Assembly (NCBI GenBank): GCA_963715335.1
Contig: CAVQRZ010000005.1
Span: 128,001-192,000 of the forward strand
Reading direction: 5' to 3'
Origin: an uncultured delta proteobacterium
GTDB lineage: Bacteria; Desulfobacterota; Desulfuromonadia; Desulfuromonadales; BM103
Length of the DNA: 64,000 nucleotides
Within the stretch, counting starts at the first letter, position 1; every line of letters starts with the position of its first letter. The position numbers and the translations under genes are program-made. Shown here in pieces: positions 1 through 11,600 of the stretch. The notes under the pieces are model-generated. The model was not told the DNA's origin. It worked only from the letters and a program-made list of their open reading frames with translations, and ran no database searches.

Positions 1-111
1 TTCATCGCAGATATAGACTGCCGGTCCGGCGATAAGCTTCTTCACCTCTTCCTGCGCTTTACCGCAGAATGAACAGGTCAATTGATCACTGTGGCCACTC
101 TTTTGCGTCAC
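1..111 (-). CDS. clpX: ClpX ATPase subunit, N-terminal fragment (runs off window)
   Basis: Manual translation from GTG at 111: [37 protein letters not shown] (ClpX zinc finger); GAGG RBS; follows clpP. Confidence 0.95.
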   Translation of the reverse strand, partial: MTQKSGHSDQLTCSFCGKAQEEVKKLIAGPAVYICDE

Positions 112-129
112 TGCCTCACCTCGTGTAAA

Positions 130-714
130 TCAGTCTTTTCTCGACACAATATCGTCGATGATACCATATTCTTTTGCCGCTTCGCTACCCATGAAGAAAT
201 CACGCTCCGTATCGGCCGACAACTGGCTCAGCCGCTGGCCAGTATGCTCGGCCATGATCGAGTTCAGGGTGTCCTTCAGACGCAGGATTTCCTGGGCATG
301 GATGCTGATATCGGTCGCCTGCCCCTGGAATCCGCCCAACGGTTGATGGATCATGATCCTCGAATGCGGCAGGGCGTAACGCTTGCCCGAAGTCCCGGCC
401 GCGAGCAGGAGCGCGCCCATGCTGGCCGCCTGGCCAACACAGATAGTCGAAACGGGAGCCTTCAGGTACTGGATGGTATCGTAGATCGCCAGACCGGCGG
501 TCACGATGCCGCCCGGGGAGTTGATATACAGGTGGATGTCTTTTTCAGAATCCTCCGACTCGAGAAAGAGCATCTGGGCGATGATCAGGTTGGCCAGATG
601 ATCGTCAATCCCGCCACCAAGGAAAATAATCCGATCCTTGAGCAGTCGCGAATAGATATCATAGGCGCGCTCTCCACGTCCGGTCTGCTCCACGACCATT
701 GGAATCAGGTTCAT
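130..714 (-). CDS. clpP: Clp protease proteolytic subunit
   Basis: [43 protein letters not shown] motifs. Confidence 0.98.
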   Translation of the reverse strand: MNLIPMVVEQTGRGERAYDIYSRLLKDRIIFLGGGIDDHLANLIIAQMLFLESEDSEKDIHLYINSPGGIVTAGLAIYDTIQYLKAPVSTICVGQAASMGALLLAAGTSGKRYALPHSRIMIHQPLGGFQGQATDISIHAQEILRLKDTLNSIMAEHTGQRLSQLSADTERDFFMGSEAAKEYGIIDDIVSRKD

Positions 715-2042
715 GCGTCCCCCTCGGTTTTCTTGTCAGCCTTCTTTTTCGGTTTATTCGGTGACACTTCCTTGATCTTGGCATTATCCAGAAGGAAACT
801 GATGACTTTTTCTTCCGCAATCTGCGCCATCAGGCCGACGCGCGCCTCGGGTGCGGAGTAGTACTTCTTCACCGTCTCGAGGGGAGCGTTGGCCATGGTG
901 GAAATTTCCTCCAGCTTGGCATCAATTTCACTTTCATCGGCCCGGATACTCTCCTGGCGGCCAATCGCTTCGAGGATCAGGTTGCCACTGACCTGCTCAA
1001 CGGCCGTGTTCCGGTAATTTTCACGGAAATTCTCTGGAGTGATCCCCAGCATGGCGACAGACATCCCCTGCGACTGCATGCGGTTGCTGATATTCTCGTA
1101 CATATAGTCAAGCTGTTTGGCGATCATCGCCTCAGGAACTTCGACTGGGTTTCGCTCGATCAGGGCGCTGACCAGCTTTTCACGCAAGTCATTCTCAACC
1201 CGGTTCTTCTCTTGGGTGGCGTGGCTCTTTTGCAATTCCGCTTTAAGTTCGTCAAGTGTATCAACGCCGAAGCCTTTGGCAAATTCATCGTCAAGCTCCG
1301 GGACGACCTTCTCCTTGATCTCCTTCAGCTTCACTTTGAAAACGGCCGGCTTGCCGGCCAGTTCGGCCTGACCGTATTCTGCGGGAAACGTGACTTCAAC
1401 ATCCTTGTCCTCGTCCCGTTTCATGCCGACAACCTGGTCTTCAAAGCCGGGGATAAAGGAGCCAGAGCCCAACTCGAGGAGGTAATCTTCGCCTTTACCG
1501 CCGGCAAAAGCCACGCCATCGACAAAGCCCTCGAAATCAATCACGACGGAATCGCCATTGCGGGCCTTTTTGCGGCTGCTGACTTCGAGCTGCGAGCGGG
1601 AGATGCGCATCTCTTCAAGACGACCCTCTACAACCTTGGCATCGGCAACAAACTTTTCTTTTTCCAGTGACAGCTTGGTGTAATCCTTGGCTGTCACTTC
1701 CGGCTTGATCTCAACTTCAGCCTCGTAGGTGAAGACTGCACCCTTGTTGATCCCGCTGCTGTCGACGATGTTCGGCTCACCAACCGCCGGGATATCATTC
1801 TCGTCGAGGGCCTTGAAGTAAGTATCATTGATCAGCCGGGTCAGGACTTCCTGTTCCACCTGGGCCCCGTAATATTTTTCCAGAACCGAATCGGGCACTT
1901 TTCCGGCACGGAACCCTTTGACCTTGGCCGTCTTGCCGATCTTCTTATAGGCACGACCGATTTCCTTGTCGACCTTCTCCGAGGCGACCTCAAAAATCAG
2001 TTTCTTCTTGATGCTGCTGACATCTTCAACCTTCACATTCAT
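711..2042 (-). CDS. tig: Trigger factor
   Basis: GFRAGKVP ribosome-binding motif, FKBP domain; start re-set to ATG 2042 behind GAGGAG because the longer ORF overlaps tRNA-Leu. Confidence 0.97.
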   Translation of the reverse strand: MNVKVEDVSSIKKKLIFEVASEKVDKEIGRAYKKIGKTAKVKGFRAGKVPDSVLEKYYGAQVEQEVLTRLINDTYFKALDENDIPAVGEPNIVDSSGINKGAVFTYEAEVEIKPEVTAKDYTKLSLEKEKFVADAKVVEGRLEEMRISRSQLEVSSRKKARNGDSVVIDFEGFVDGVAFAGGKGEDYLLELGSGSFIPGFEDQVVGMKRDEDKDVEVTFPAEYGQAELAGKPAVFKVKLKEIKEKVVPELDDEFAKGFGVDTLDELKAELQKSHATQEKNRVENDLREKLVSALIERNPVEVPEAMIAKQLDYMYENISNRMQSQGMSVAMLGITPENFRENYRNTAVEQVSGNLILEAIGRQESIRADESEIDAKLEEISTMANAPLETVKKYYSAPEARVGLMAQIAEEKVISFLLDNAKIKEVSPNKPKKKADKKTEGDA

Positions 2043-2129
2043 ACTAGCGCTCCTCATTTGCTCTGCCATGACAGCGGACAGGATACCGGTATCGGCAAGA
2101 TTTATCGACAGGTTTTCATCCTTGAAGAT

Positions 2130-2214
2130 TGGTGCGGGTGAAGGGACTCGAACCCCCACGCCTCTCGGCACTAGATCCTAAATCTAGCGTGTCTACCAGT
2201 TCCACCACACCCGC
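2130..2214 (-). tRNA. tRNA-Leu(TAG)
   Basis: Cloverleaf with CTAGA-TTTAGGA-TCTAG anticodon arm, long variable arm, GTTCGAGTC, CCA end. Confidence 0.97.
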
Positions 2215-2316
2215 GCAACCAACCGGCGCTCTGCATACAATTAAGGCCCGACTTTTCCCGGGATAACCGCCACATTCTGAGGGGTCGACGGGGAAAAGGC
2301 AGGCCCGGAATATTTA

Positions 2317-2393
<77 letters not shown>

Positions 2394-2405
2394 ATAAAGA
2401 ACAAG

Positions 2406-2435
2406 ATTCTAGACAAGGCCGAGGAGCAATGTCAA
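2406..2435 (-). promoter_or_regulatory. Putative sigma70 promoter for tRNA-His/tRNA-Leu
   Basis: TTGACA-N18-TAGAAT just upstream of tRNA-His. Confidence 0.55.
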
Positions 2436-2466
2436 CGAGAAACCACCCCTCGATCGCCAAACGTAA

Positions 2467-2543
2467 TGGCGCGCCAGGAAGGACTCGAACCCTCGACCGT
2501 CGGCTTAGAAGGCCGATGCTCTATCCAGCTGAGCTACTGGCGC
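2467..2543 (-). tRNA. tRNA-Arg(TCT)
   Basis: TCGGC-CTTCTAA-GCCGA anticodon arm, CCA end. Confidence 0.97.
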
Positions 2544-2549
2544 TTTAAG

Positions 2550-2626
<77 letters not shown>

Positions 2627-2729
2627 AAGGGCGATTTTCTAGCATGCCAGGAGCAATAATGCAAGACTAAATCACACTTTGCTCTTCCGAATGGCAAGAA
2701 AAGCCGCAACCCTACTGACAGGCTTCGCC

Positions 2730-3576
2730 TCAGCTATCTTTCAGGCTGAAACGAACCGGGATGCGGACCCGACTTTCCACTGGCAGGCCGGCCCGCGTTG
2801 CAGGGGTAAATTCCCAGCGTTTTACGGTTCTGCTGGCAGCCCGGTCCAGGACCTGGTGGCCACATGATCGCTCAACATCAACATCCTCGACCAGGCCCGA
2901 TGCCGACACGTCGACCAACAGCCACACCACGCCCTGCCAATGTCGTTGGCGAGCTATGTAAGGATACTCGGGTAAAGGGTTATTGAGGTAATCCGGCATG
3001 GCTTCTACCAGTGCCTCACCGGTCGGCCTCACAGCGTTGCGATGGGCCGGTCGACGATCCTCATGCTGTACAACCCGAACCTCCGGCGCGGATACCTCGG
3101 CACGCACCCCTTGCAAGGTCATTTCGACCGGGCCTTTTATCGTCGCGACTTCGGTCGGAGGCGCCGGCACACTCTCCCGGGGCTCAACGCAAACCGGGGC
3201 TGTCGGCTCACCTCTTCTGTCGATTCTTCGACGATTTCGACAGCGTCCTTGACCGGTCCGGTTTCGGCCGTGTCATGCGAGACGGCTTCACGACCGGCCG
3301 GGGTGAAATCCCCGGGGCAATTTTGGCCGTTACTTTACGCTCTGTAATCGCGGAGTCCTGCTCCGGAAGGGCCTGCGGAACGTCATCAACGACGAAGGAT
3401 TGATCGTCTGCAGCGGTAACCAGGGCGACGACAACTGCAGATTGGCCATCGGCTACGCTGGCAGGCTGATTCGCCCAGTCATAATAAGCCATGCCTCCGT
3501 GGGCCCCTGCAGAAACCAGCAGGCACAGTGAAAGCCGAAGGATCATCGGCATGGATGTCAGTTTGCTCAACATCAT
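2730..3576 (-). pseudogene. tonB: TonB energy transducer, frameshifted (pseudogene or sequencing error)
   Basis: N-terminal TM with SxxxH (VSAGAH) in ORF 3208-3576; TonB_C (PEYPYIARQRHWQGVV...LDRAA...W) in ORF 2730-3170 in a different frame. Confidence 0.8.
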
Positions 3577-3762
3577 CGCATAACCAAATTGAGAGACCGG
3601 AAAGAGGCTCTGGAGTTAATTGCTCGATTCGGGCTGCAAAGCAATCCGACCGACCAGGGTTAGAGCTTTTTAGGTTGACACTTTGCGATAAAAATTAAGA
3701 CAATGCGTCGCTTTATTTGTCCGAATAAACAACAACTTAACAACTCAGTCAAGTGCTATATC

Positions 3763-6231
3763 ATGGCTTTCCGGAAAGCAATCATTCTCGCTGCTGTTGT
3801 TGTCGCAACGCTACCGACAAGTTTGTCCGCTGTGGAAACGGCTGACAATGGGCAACTGGCCGCTCCTTCAGGGAAGATTCCCACCCTGGGACAGGTGACT
3901 GTGGTAGGCACGACTGAAAACCTGCTTTCCGGTAGCTCGGAACTGACCAGCAACGTTCTGCATTCCCTGCCGAAAAAAAACAGCAGCATCACCGAGGCAA
4001 TCACCATTCTGCCGCGAGTCCAGATCGGGGAAGGACAGCGCACATCAGAAAATTCGGGCGAGATCCTGCCACCGCTCATATCCATCTCCGGCGGACGCGC
4101 TTATGAAAACAATTACACGATCGACGGCGTCAACCTGGGCAGCGTCCTTGATCCTTTGACGGGCAATAATGTTGCCGAGTCGATCAGGGAGGTTCCGAGT
4201 CACCCGCAACGCAGCTTTATCCACCAGGATCTTATCGACAACATAACGGTTTATGACAGCAATATCCCGGCTAAATTCGGCGGTTTTACCGGTGGCGTCG
4301 TCGATGCTGATACCCGGTCACCGAATAAAAAGTTTGCAGGTCAAGTCAGTTTCCGGACGACCCGGGATGCATGGACCGAGTTTCGTATTGACCCCGACAG
4401 ACGGGAAGAATTTTACAACTCAACCGACCAGCAGATGCAGCCACGCTTTAAAAAGTACGATATAGGCCTGGAACTCGACGTGCCGATCAACGAAGAGACG
4501 GCGTTCCTGGCTGCATATAAAATGATTCGGTCTGACCTGGAGACGTTCAACATCGACGATTGGAACGAGCGCCACAAAACTCTCGAGAATTATTTCCTGA
4601 AATATGTCTGGCAGCCCAAAACGCCCTTCACCCTGGAATTGACCGTCAGCCACACACCATCTAAAGAAGATTTCTTTATCGACGGTGCCAGGGACAGTGA
4701 CGTTGAGATTGAGCGCGGCGGAACCAGCGTCAGCGGCAAACTGACAGGAGAGTTGCCATTCGGTGTTCTGGAATTCTCATCAACCTACCTGAACAATGAC
4801 AACTCGAGGCAGGCAAACTCAAATCACTTTTTTTGGCCCTCCGACACGCCTTCCAAAAACTGGGGGGAACAGTACGGACTGCCGTGGAGTGCGGAGGGCG
4901 GTTACGGTGACATCGACAACGAGGAAGAAAGCCTGCAAGCATACATTGACTTGGTTTCGCATCCGGCAACCTTCTATCAGACTGTAAACACGTTCAACCT
5001 CGGGCTGGAAGCCAGTCATGATAAAGGCTCTTTTGATCGCAAACGAACAACCTACGAACACGCCCTGAACAGAGCGGTCGAAGATTTAACGGTTGTCTGT
5101 AGCGATGATGACCCGTCATGCATTAACAGCGAAGTCTACTTCCGGGAAAGACGTGTCTACTTTGCAGAATCCGAGGAAGCAACGATCAACAGCTTTGCCG
5201 CCTATCTTGACGACCTGATTGAAGCAGGGCCTTTTCGTTTCCGGCCCGGGGTTCGTGTGTCCTATGACAATTTCATGGAGAACACCGACATATCTTACCG
5301 TTTTGCCGGGACGTGGGATCTGTTCGGGAACGAAAAAACCATCATCAAGGGCGGTTATAATCGTTATCACGGGAAAGCCTTGTTGACTTATAAGTTACGT
5401 GAAGGAAGAACCCCATACCTGAGAGAGGCTCGTTCCAAAAATCCGGACGATTCCCTGACAATCTGGACACCAGTTGCAAACGAAGGGTTTCTGAGTCACC
5501 GATATTCAGAACTCGACACCCCCTATTCCGACGAATGGAACATTGGAGTCGTACAGAGATTGCTGGGCGGCAGCCTGGAGATCAATTACCTGGAACGTGA
5601 CAACCGGGACCAATTTGCCAAGGAGTTGTTCACAACCGTTGTCGACGGCAGCACCATCCGCGGTTGGGAACTCAACAACAACGGCTCAAGCGACTACAAG
5701 AGCGCCAAGCTTTCGTGGGAACGGCAATGGCAGAACCATTTCCTGAACATCAACTATACCTATAGCGATCAGGAATCGAGCAATGACTCTTACGATGATA
5801 TTTTCGACGAAGATGATCTTGATGACAGCGTCTGGTACCGGGGCAAGTTGATCAGCCTGGATGATTTACCCCGACCGGACTATAACCGCGAACACAGGTT
5901 AAACATCATCTATGTCGGTCGATTGCCCGGGAATTTCACCTTCACAAACACTGCCCGTTATCAAAGCGGTTACGAAACACTAGAAGACACCAGGGACAAT
6001 ATCACGCTGCCTTCAGGTGAGAGTTATGACATTTACGCGAAGGGTGAACAACCCGGCTACTGGATTTTCGACTGGAGAATTGACTGGGAGAAAATCATCC
6101 TTCGCAGCCAGAGCATCGTTCTCTCACTGGAGATCAATAATGTTTTTGACCGGACACCGCCGGCGGATGATTCCGACGACGTCTACGAGCTCGGCCGCCA
6201 GTTCTGGTTGGGCATGACCTACAAATTCTAG
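3763..6231 (+). CDS. TonB-dependent receptor, YddB/FusA-like
   Basis: Signal peptide, plug (ISISGGRAYENNYTIDG; VYDSNIPAKFGGFTGGVV), C-terminal YELGRQFWLGMTYKF. Confidence 0.88.
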   Translation: MAFRKAIILAAVVVATLPTSLSAVETADNGQLAAPSGKIPTLGQVTVVGTTENLLSGSSELTSNVLHSLPKKNSSITEAITILPRVQIGEGQRTSENSGEILPPLISISGGRAYENNYTIDGVNLGSVLDPLTGNNVAESIREVPSHPQRSFIHQDLIDNITVYDSNIPAKFGGFTGGVVDADTRSPNKKFAGQVSFRTTRDAWTEFRIDPDRREEFYNSTDQQMQPRFKKYDIGLELDVPINEETAFLAAYKMIRSDLETFNIDDWNERHKTLENYFLKYVWQPKTPFTLELTVSHTPSKEDFFIDGARDSDVEIERGGTSVSGKLTGELPFGVLEFSSTYLNNDNSRQANSNHFFWPSDTPSKNWGEQYGLPWSAEGGYGDIDNEEESLQAYIDLVSHPATFYQTVNTFNLGLEASHDKGSFDRKRTTYEHALNRAVEDLTVVCSDDDPSCINSEVYFRERRVYFAESEEATINSFAAYLDDLIEAGPFRFRPGVRVSYDNFMENTDISYRFAGTWDLFGNEKTIIKGGYNRYHGKALLTYKLREGRTPYLREARSKNPDDSLTIWTPVANEGFLSHRYSELDTPYSDEWNIGVVQRLLGGSLEINYLERDNRDQFAKELFTTVVDGSTIRGWELNNNGSSDYKSAKLSWERQWQNHFLNINYTYSDQESSNDSYDDIFDEDDLDDSVWYRGKLISLDDLPRPDYNREHRLNIIYVGRLPGNFTFTNTARYQSGYETLEDTRDNITLPSGESYDIYAKGEQPGYWIFDWRIDWEKIILRSQSIVLSLEINNVFDRTPPADDSDDVYELGRQFWLGMTYKF

Positions 6232-6239
6232 GCCAGGGA

Positions 6240-8369
6240 TTAATCAGGCGGATTCTCGATCAAGACCCTGTTTTGCGAGTGTTCGTCATAGAGATATACA
6301 TACCCCGCGCCAGAGGCAGGCGCTTCGCTCTGCAACAACTCCCTGCTAACGATCCGATAATTATCCAATTTTTCCGGGTAAGGCAACTTCAAGGTCCCAC
6401 CGGGGTAATTGCTGATCAGGATTCCATCCGGCACGGTTGCAATTTCATTGGCCCGCAGCGGAGTCGGCAAAGAGCCGATCGGCAGAAGCCGGCCCGGCAT
6501 GCTGGCATCAAGCATATAGATCCCTTTATCTCCATCGGCAACCAGCAGGAGACCATCGTGCAACACCATTTTTCTGGCCAGCCCCGGAGTATCAACAATC
6601 TGCACCAACTCAGGATGCCTTGGATCGCCAAGATCGATAACGTTAAGACCGCCGCTTCCTTGCGAGACATAGGCAAACTTGCCATTTATAAAGATATCAT
6701 GGGCTATGAAGGACGACTGCAGGTGCTCTGGTGGTCTCACCTCTGCGATTTGTACGGGATGCGTCCGATCAGAGACATCCACAACCTTGAGGCCTTCCTC
6801 TTTCGTGGTCACCAATATGTAGCCCGGCTCCAGAGTCCTCAGGTGAACAGGCTGCCCGGAAAGTTCCATGTCTCCGACAACAACCACCTCGCCCAATTGT
6901 GGATCGGACAGAATCCGCAACCCCCCGCGATGCAGAACATGCAGAGACCCTTCTGAGTAAACCGCGTCCAGCGCTCCGCTTTCCAGCATGATGGACCCAT
7001 CCAAGCTCACCTCGCCATTCTTCGACATGCGGAACAGGGTGACGCCATCCTGGTCATGTACCGGCAAAACCGGGCCGGAGGTGGGCGATCCGGAACGTCC
7101 CTGATCAGCCAGGGCGACCAGGGTTTTGTCTCTACGGTAACCGAAAAGACGACCGTTCCAGGAAGACAAAGCATGGTAATTACGATCGACATAAGTCGCC
7201 GGGACAAAACTGCTCTGTTCAATCCCCTCCATGGAAAACGCGACTAACCCTCGTAATCCAGCCTGCATGGAGGCGTATATTGCGTCATCCTGAACAGCCA
7301 TGGCAATGACAGTCGAAGGCAGCATGAGATGCCCTGAAACGACTGCGCTCGCGGAGGGCTTTACGTCAATCAGGGCGACACCCGCTGACACAAGACTTAC
7401 CACCAGTCGGTCTCGACCGACAACCGGCATAACCCTATATGGCACCCCCGGAACCGGCAAGCGACTGACTTCCTGCAGCTTTGGCCACGCAGCCAGAGAG
7501 AACACCCTTATCGAGCCGTCCGATACAGCTACCGCAAGCGTTCCTGCCAAGAAGGCAAGCCCCCTGACCCCGCCTTTATTCAGGTCGGGAAGGTTTAAAG
7601 TGCCAGCCTTTTCGACGCTATCCTCCGGGGAAATGTTGTAAAAAAACAGGTTGTTGTCCACGGAAGCAGCCACTAACCGGTTGCCGGAAACGGCTAGCCT
7701 CCAAGGTTTATCCGGTGCATCCAGGAATTCCGGAGACGGGTTCTCCACGGCAAGGTTGATTCTGCCGAGTCCACGATAGATATCTGCATAGTAGATAGAC
7801 TCACCAACGGTAACCATGTCGGCGACAGACCCTTTCAAAGGGATGATCGCAGACAGCTTCAACTCTTCCGGATGGCTCAGATCGATGATTGCCATACCTT
7901 TATCATGTGCCATTCCGACCAGGGCCCGATTGCCGACAATCCTGACTGTCTTGATATGAGCCGGGAGTTCCAGTGAGTCCAGCAGAGTCGGCCCCCCAGG
8001 GGTGGACAGGTCAACACTGGTCAGCTTGTTTATAAAGCATGCAGCAAGGGCAATCCGGCCTTTCACAGCGACAGCACGCACTGAAATTCCCGGCAATATT
8101 TCCCATGTGCGAGCACGCTCATCAACCATATTGGCGGCATGCAGAACACGCACATTTCCATGCATCCCCCCTCCATGGATAGCAAGGGAGGTTTTCGAGT
8201 CATGGTTTTCAGTGACCACTGCGCGAGTCATGCTGACCGGTACGTCAATGCGCCATTTTTCACCGGCGATGATCGTGACCAGGGCACCAAGCGCGAGGCT
8301 GTAGGCCAGCACCGGCAAATGCCAGGATGATATTTTGCCTGGCGATGTTCTCTTCGGTGATTCTTTCAT
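6240..8369 (-). CDS. Membrane-anchored LVIVD-repeat beta-propeller protein
   Basis: One N-terminal TM; repeats such as AYVSQGSGGLNVIDLGDPRHPELV, GLKVVDVSDRTHPVQI, GMAIIDLSHPEEL; start re-set to ATG 8369. Confidence 0.8.
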   Translation of the reverse strand: MKESPKRTSPGKISSWHLPVLAYSLALGALVTIIAGEKWRIDVPVSMTRAVVTENHDSKTSLAIHGGGMHGNVRVLHAANMVDERARTWEILPGISVRAVAVKGRIALAACFINKLTSVDLSTPGGPTLLDSLELPAHIKTVRIVGNRALVGMAHDKGMAIIDLSHPEELKLSAIIPLKGSVADMVTVGESIYYADIYRGLGRINLAVENPSPEFLDAPDKPWRLAVSGNRLVAASVDNNLFFYNISPEDSVEKAGTLNLPDLNKGGVRGLAFLAGTLAVAVSDGSIRVFSLAAWPKLQEVSRLPVPGVPYRVMPVVGRDRLVVSLVSAGVALIDVKPSASAVVSGHLMLPSTVIAMAVQDDAIYASMQAGLRGLVAFSMEGIEQSSFVPATYVDRNYHALSSWNGRLFGYRRDKTLVALADQGRSGSPTSGPVLPVHDQDGVTLFRMSKNGEVSLDGSIMLESGALDAVYSEGSLHVLHRGGLRILSDPQLGEVVVVGDMELSGQPVHLRTLEPGYILVTTKEEGLKVVDVSDRTHPVQIAEVRPPEHLQSSFIAHDIFINGKFAYVSQGSGGLNVIDLGDPRHPELVQIVDTPGLARKMVLHDGLLLVADGDKGIYMLDASMPGRLLPIGSLPTPLRANEIATVPDGILISNYPGGTLKLPYPEKLDNYRIVSRELLQSEAPASGAGYVYLYDEHSQNRVLIENPPD

Positions 8370-8374
8370 CCGTA

Positions 8375-10418
8375 TCAAACGTCTGCGTTTTCGGTGTTGG
8401 AAGACACGCACTGCGGTTTGCATCCCAGCCATTTCTGCAACATAGCCCGCATTTCTGATTGTCGGAACGGCTTGCTGAGAAAATCGTTCATCCCTGCAGC
8501 AAGACACTGTTCTTCATCTTCATCGCGGGCATAGGCGGTCAGGGCAATAACCGGCGTCTCAATTCCTTTTGCGCGGAGCAGGGCCGTGGCTCTAAAACCA
8601 TCCATATGTGGCATCTGGCAGTCCATCAGGATCAGATCGACCTTTTCCTGCTCCAGGAATTCGACTGCAGCCTGACCATTATCAACGATCGTCAAGCCAA
8701 AACCCATCTGCTCCATGAGGATGGAAATAAGGCTCTGGGTAGTAGGATTGTCCTCGGCCAGGAGGATGTGCAACTCCCTGCCCGTTGCATTGCATGGAGA
8801 CTGTTCAAAGCTCCTTGGAACCAGGTCGCCAGACTCAGCATGATCGTTCGGCAGAGACCGTGTCTGGACTGTTTTATCAGTGATGGTCAGGGGCAGACAG
8901 ACACTGAAAGTGCTTCCCACACCGGGCGCACTCTCAAGCGAGACAGCCCCCCCCATGGCCCGGACAAGGTCTTTGACTATGGCCAGGCCAAGCCCGGTCC
9001 CGCCATACCTGCGCGTCGTACTGCTGTCACCCTGGTCGAAGTAATCGAAAATACGATCCTGAACATCCGGATCGATCCCGGCACCGGTATCATGAATGTC
9101 GAACAGGCAGTTGCAGATGTCCGCAGTTTCATTGCAAGACGCCCGCAAGGAAACCGAGACGGTGCCGGAATCGGTAAATTTTATGGCATTGCCGACCAGA
9201 TTCAGGAGAACCTGGCGGATCCGTCCCGGGTCGCCGATCACGGCCGGCATCAGGTCGGGCGTATCCACCTTTAATGCAACCCCTTTGGCGTGGGCATTGA
9301 TAGCCATCAAGTGCACGACTTCTCCCGTCAACTGTTTCAAATCAACAGGAATCGCATCGAACTTCAATTGTCCTGCTTCAATCTTGGAAAAATCGAGGAT
9401 GTCGTTGAGAATTATCAGCAGGGCCTCTCCTGACCTGTAAATGGACTCAACCATCTGCTTGTCGCGACTCTCGAGAGGTCTTTTCCGCAGCAATTCCGCC
9501 ATTCCCAGGACACCGATCATTGGTGTGCGTATTTCATGGCTCATATTCGCCAGAAAACTGGATTTTGCAAGTGTCGCCTGTTCCGCCTTCTCCTTTTCCG
9601 CTTCCATGGCCCTGGTCCGGAGTTGGACTTCCAGCTCGAGGTTCTTGCGCTGCTGCTCGAGTAACCGATCTCTTTCTTTCAGAGCCTTGATCATCTCTTC
9701 AAAACCGGTGTAAAGAACTCCGAACTCATCTTCGTTTTCATGCTGAATCGGGCCGATCAGGCGTTTTTCCCTGGAGATCTGCTGCATTTGCGAAGCCAGA
9801 TTCTCAACAGGACCTGAAATGTGTCTCTGCATCCTGACACTCAACAGGTAGGTCACCAGAATCGCAATCACCATCGTCAGTAGCCAACTCAGGGCAAGAT
9901 ACAGCGTTATCCTCGCGCTGTCTCACCATCTCAAGGCTCAGGTAACTGTAACCGACGGTTTTATTTTGATAAACAACCGGCATGAAATGAGACATCCGAC
10001 CGGCGTCCCGCCAGATCTTCTCGCACATTTGTCGCCCCTGCTCGATCTGCCTTTTCTCTGTTTCCAGCAGTTCAACCAGTTGTCTTGCATCGATTGCCGA
10101 TCTGTTATAGGAGAAGACGGATAGCTTACGATGGTTCGACCATCCGCTGTCAGAAGATGTGCAAAAACGATATCCTTGCGTACCCCAGAGGGCGTGAGAA
10201 CTCCTGCATGCTGCGCGAGTCCCGACTTGCCATCGGCAAGACGACATTCGAGCAACGACCCTGGCCAACGAACTCAGGTCGTCTTCGGCAAAGTCATTAT
10301 ACGCTTTGATTCAAATAGAAACGAACTGCACGGAGGTCAGAATCAGTACGAATATGCTGACCAGGAAAATTATTCCCGTCATTTTCTGTTGTACGGAGAG
10401 GGACATACGATGCGACAT
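8375..10418 (-). pseudogene. Hybrid sensor histidine kinase (TM-sensor-TM-HAMP-HisKA-HATPase-REC) with disrupted 5' sensor region; 8375-9874 intact
   Basis: [44 protein letters not shown]1 starts at ATG 10418 but hits TGA at 10311-10313 and sensor text is spread over several frames. Confidence 0.8.
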
Positions 10419-10607
10419 GGATTTTCCGGGACCTTTTGGGCCGTGATGGGCAGATTAAAATTTTGCGAATTTTACCAGTTCAGCGTCTCAATGAAAAGGG
10501 AAAGCACAGGGGGAAGACATTAAGAGCCAGGATCTTCCTGTCAGGCTCTCACAGTTACCAAATCAGGATTCAGCCCACAGTCTCTATTTGTTCCGAATTG
10601 AATTTCC

Positions 10608-11600
10608 TCATAGTTTCAGGTCGACGACCACACGACCGGACACCTGTCCGGCGAGAAGTTTTTCGCTATACTGCGGGACCTCTTCCAAAGAGACAACTTT
10701 GTAAATCTGGCCCAGAAGGTTGTCGGAGAGTTCTTTCGACAGGCGCATCCAGGCCGTCTTTCGTAGCGGGATCGGACAGGTTGTCACTTCCACCCCGACC
10801 ATCTTGATCGCCCGCAAGATGAAAGGCATGACTGTTGTGTTAAGGTCTGCCCCTCCGGTCAGGCCGGTCGCAGCGACTGTGCCGCCGTATTGCATCTCTG
10901 CCAGCAGACGGGACAGGACCTTCCCGCCAACCGTGTCGATCGCTCCGGACCAGCGTTGCTTTTCCAGGGGACGTGCAGGTTTTTCAAGTTCTGTGCGGCT
11001 CACTATTTCGGTAGCACCAAGTTGGTAAAGGTAATCGTCATGTTCTCTATTACCGGTAGCCGCAGCGACAGAGAAGCCCAACCCGGCGAGCAGGGCGACC
11101 GCAATGCCACCGACCCCGCCGCTCGCTCCAGTGACCAGGATAGTTCCCTGCTCCGGAGTCACGCCCTGGTCCTCCAGAGCCATAACGCACAACATGGCAG
11201 TGAGACCTGCAGAGCCGATGGCCATAGCTTTCAATTCTCCAAGTTCCTCCGGAAGAGGAATAAGCCATTCGGAATTCAGTCGAGCCTGCTGCGTATAGCC
11301 GCCCCAGTAGCGTTCCCCAACGCCCCAGCCAGTCAGCAGCACTTTATCCCCAGGCTGAAAATCTGGAGACTCTGAGGACAATACTTCTCCGGTCAAGTCC
11401 ACTCCAGGGATCATCGGGTATTGGCGAACGATATTTCCCCGACCGGCAACAGCGAGGCAGTCCTTGTAGTTGAGACTTGAGTATTTTACTGCGACCAGAA
11501 CATCACCTTCAGGAAGATCATCGATCGAGAGTTGACGAATACTATGCTCGACGACACCGTTCTCACGAGTCACAATCAGGGCTTTAAATCTATCGCTCAC
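10608..11600 (-). CDS. acuI: Acryloyl-CoA reductase AcuI (YhdH family MDR)
   Basis: YSSLNYKD, GWGVGERYWGGY, VTGASGGVG, AIDTVGG, TTVMPFILR motifs. Confidence 0.88.
   Translation of the reverse strand: MSDRFKALIVTRENGVVEHSIRQLSIDDLPEGDVLVAVKYSSLNYKDCLAVAGRGNIVRQYPMIPGVDLTGEVLSSESPDFQPGDKVLLTGWGVGERYWGGYTQQARLNSEWLIPLPEELGELKAMAIGSAGLTAMLCVMALEDQGVTPEQGTILVTGASGGVGGIAVALLAGLGFSVAAATGNREHDDYLYQLGATEIVSRTELEKPARPLEKQRWSGAIDTVGGKVLSRLLAEMQYGGTVAATGLTGGADLNTTVMPFILRAIKMVGVEVTTCPIPLRKTAWMRLSKELSDNLLGQIYKVVSLEEVPQYSEKLLAGQVSGRVVVDLKL

Noticed and set aside
3208..3210. Selenocysteine read-through at the tonB or kinase TGA codons
   Set aside because: No redox motif or SECIS; continuation needs frame changes
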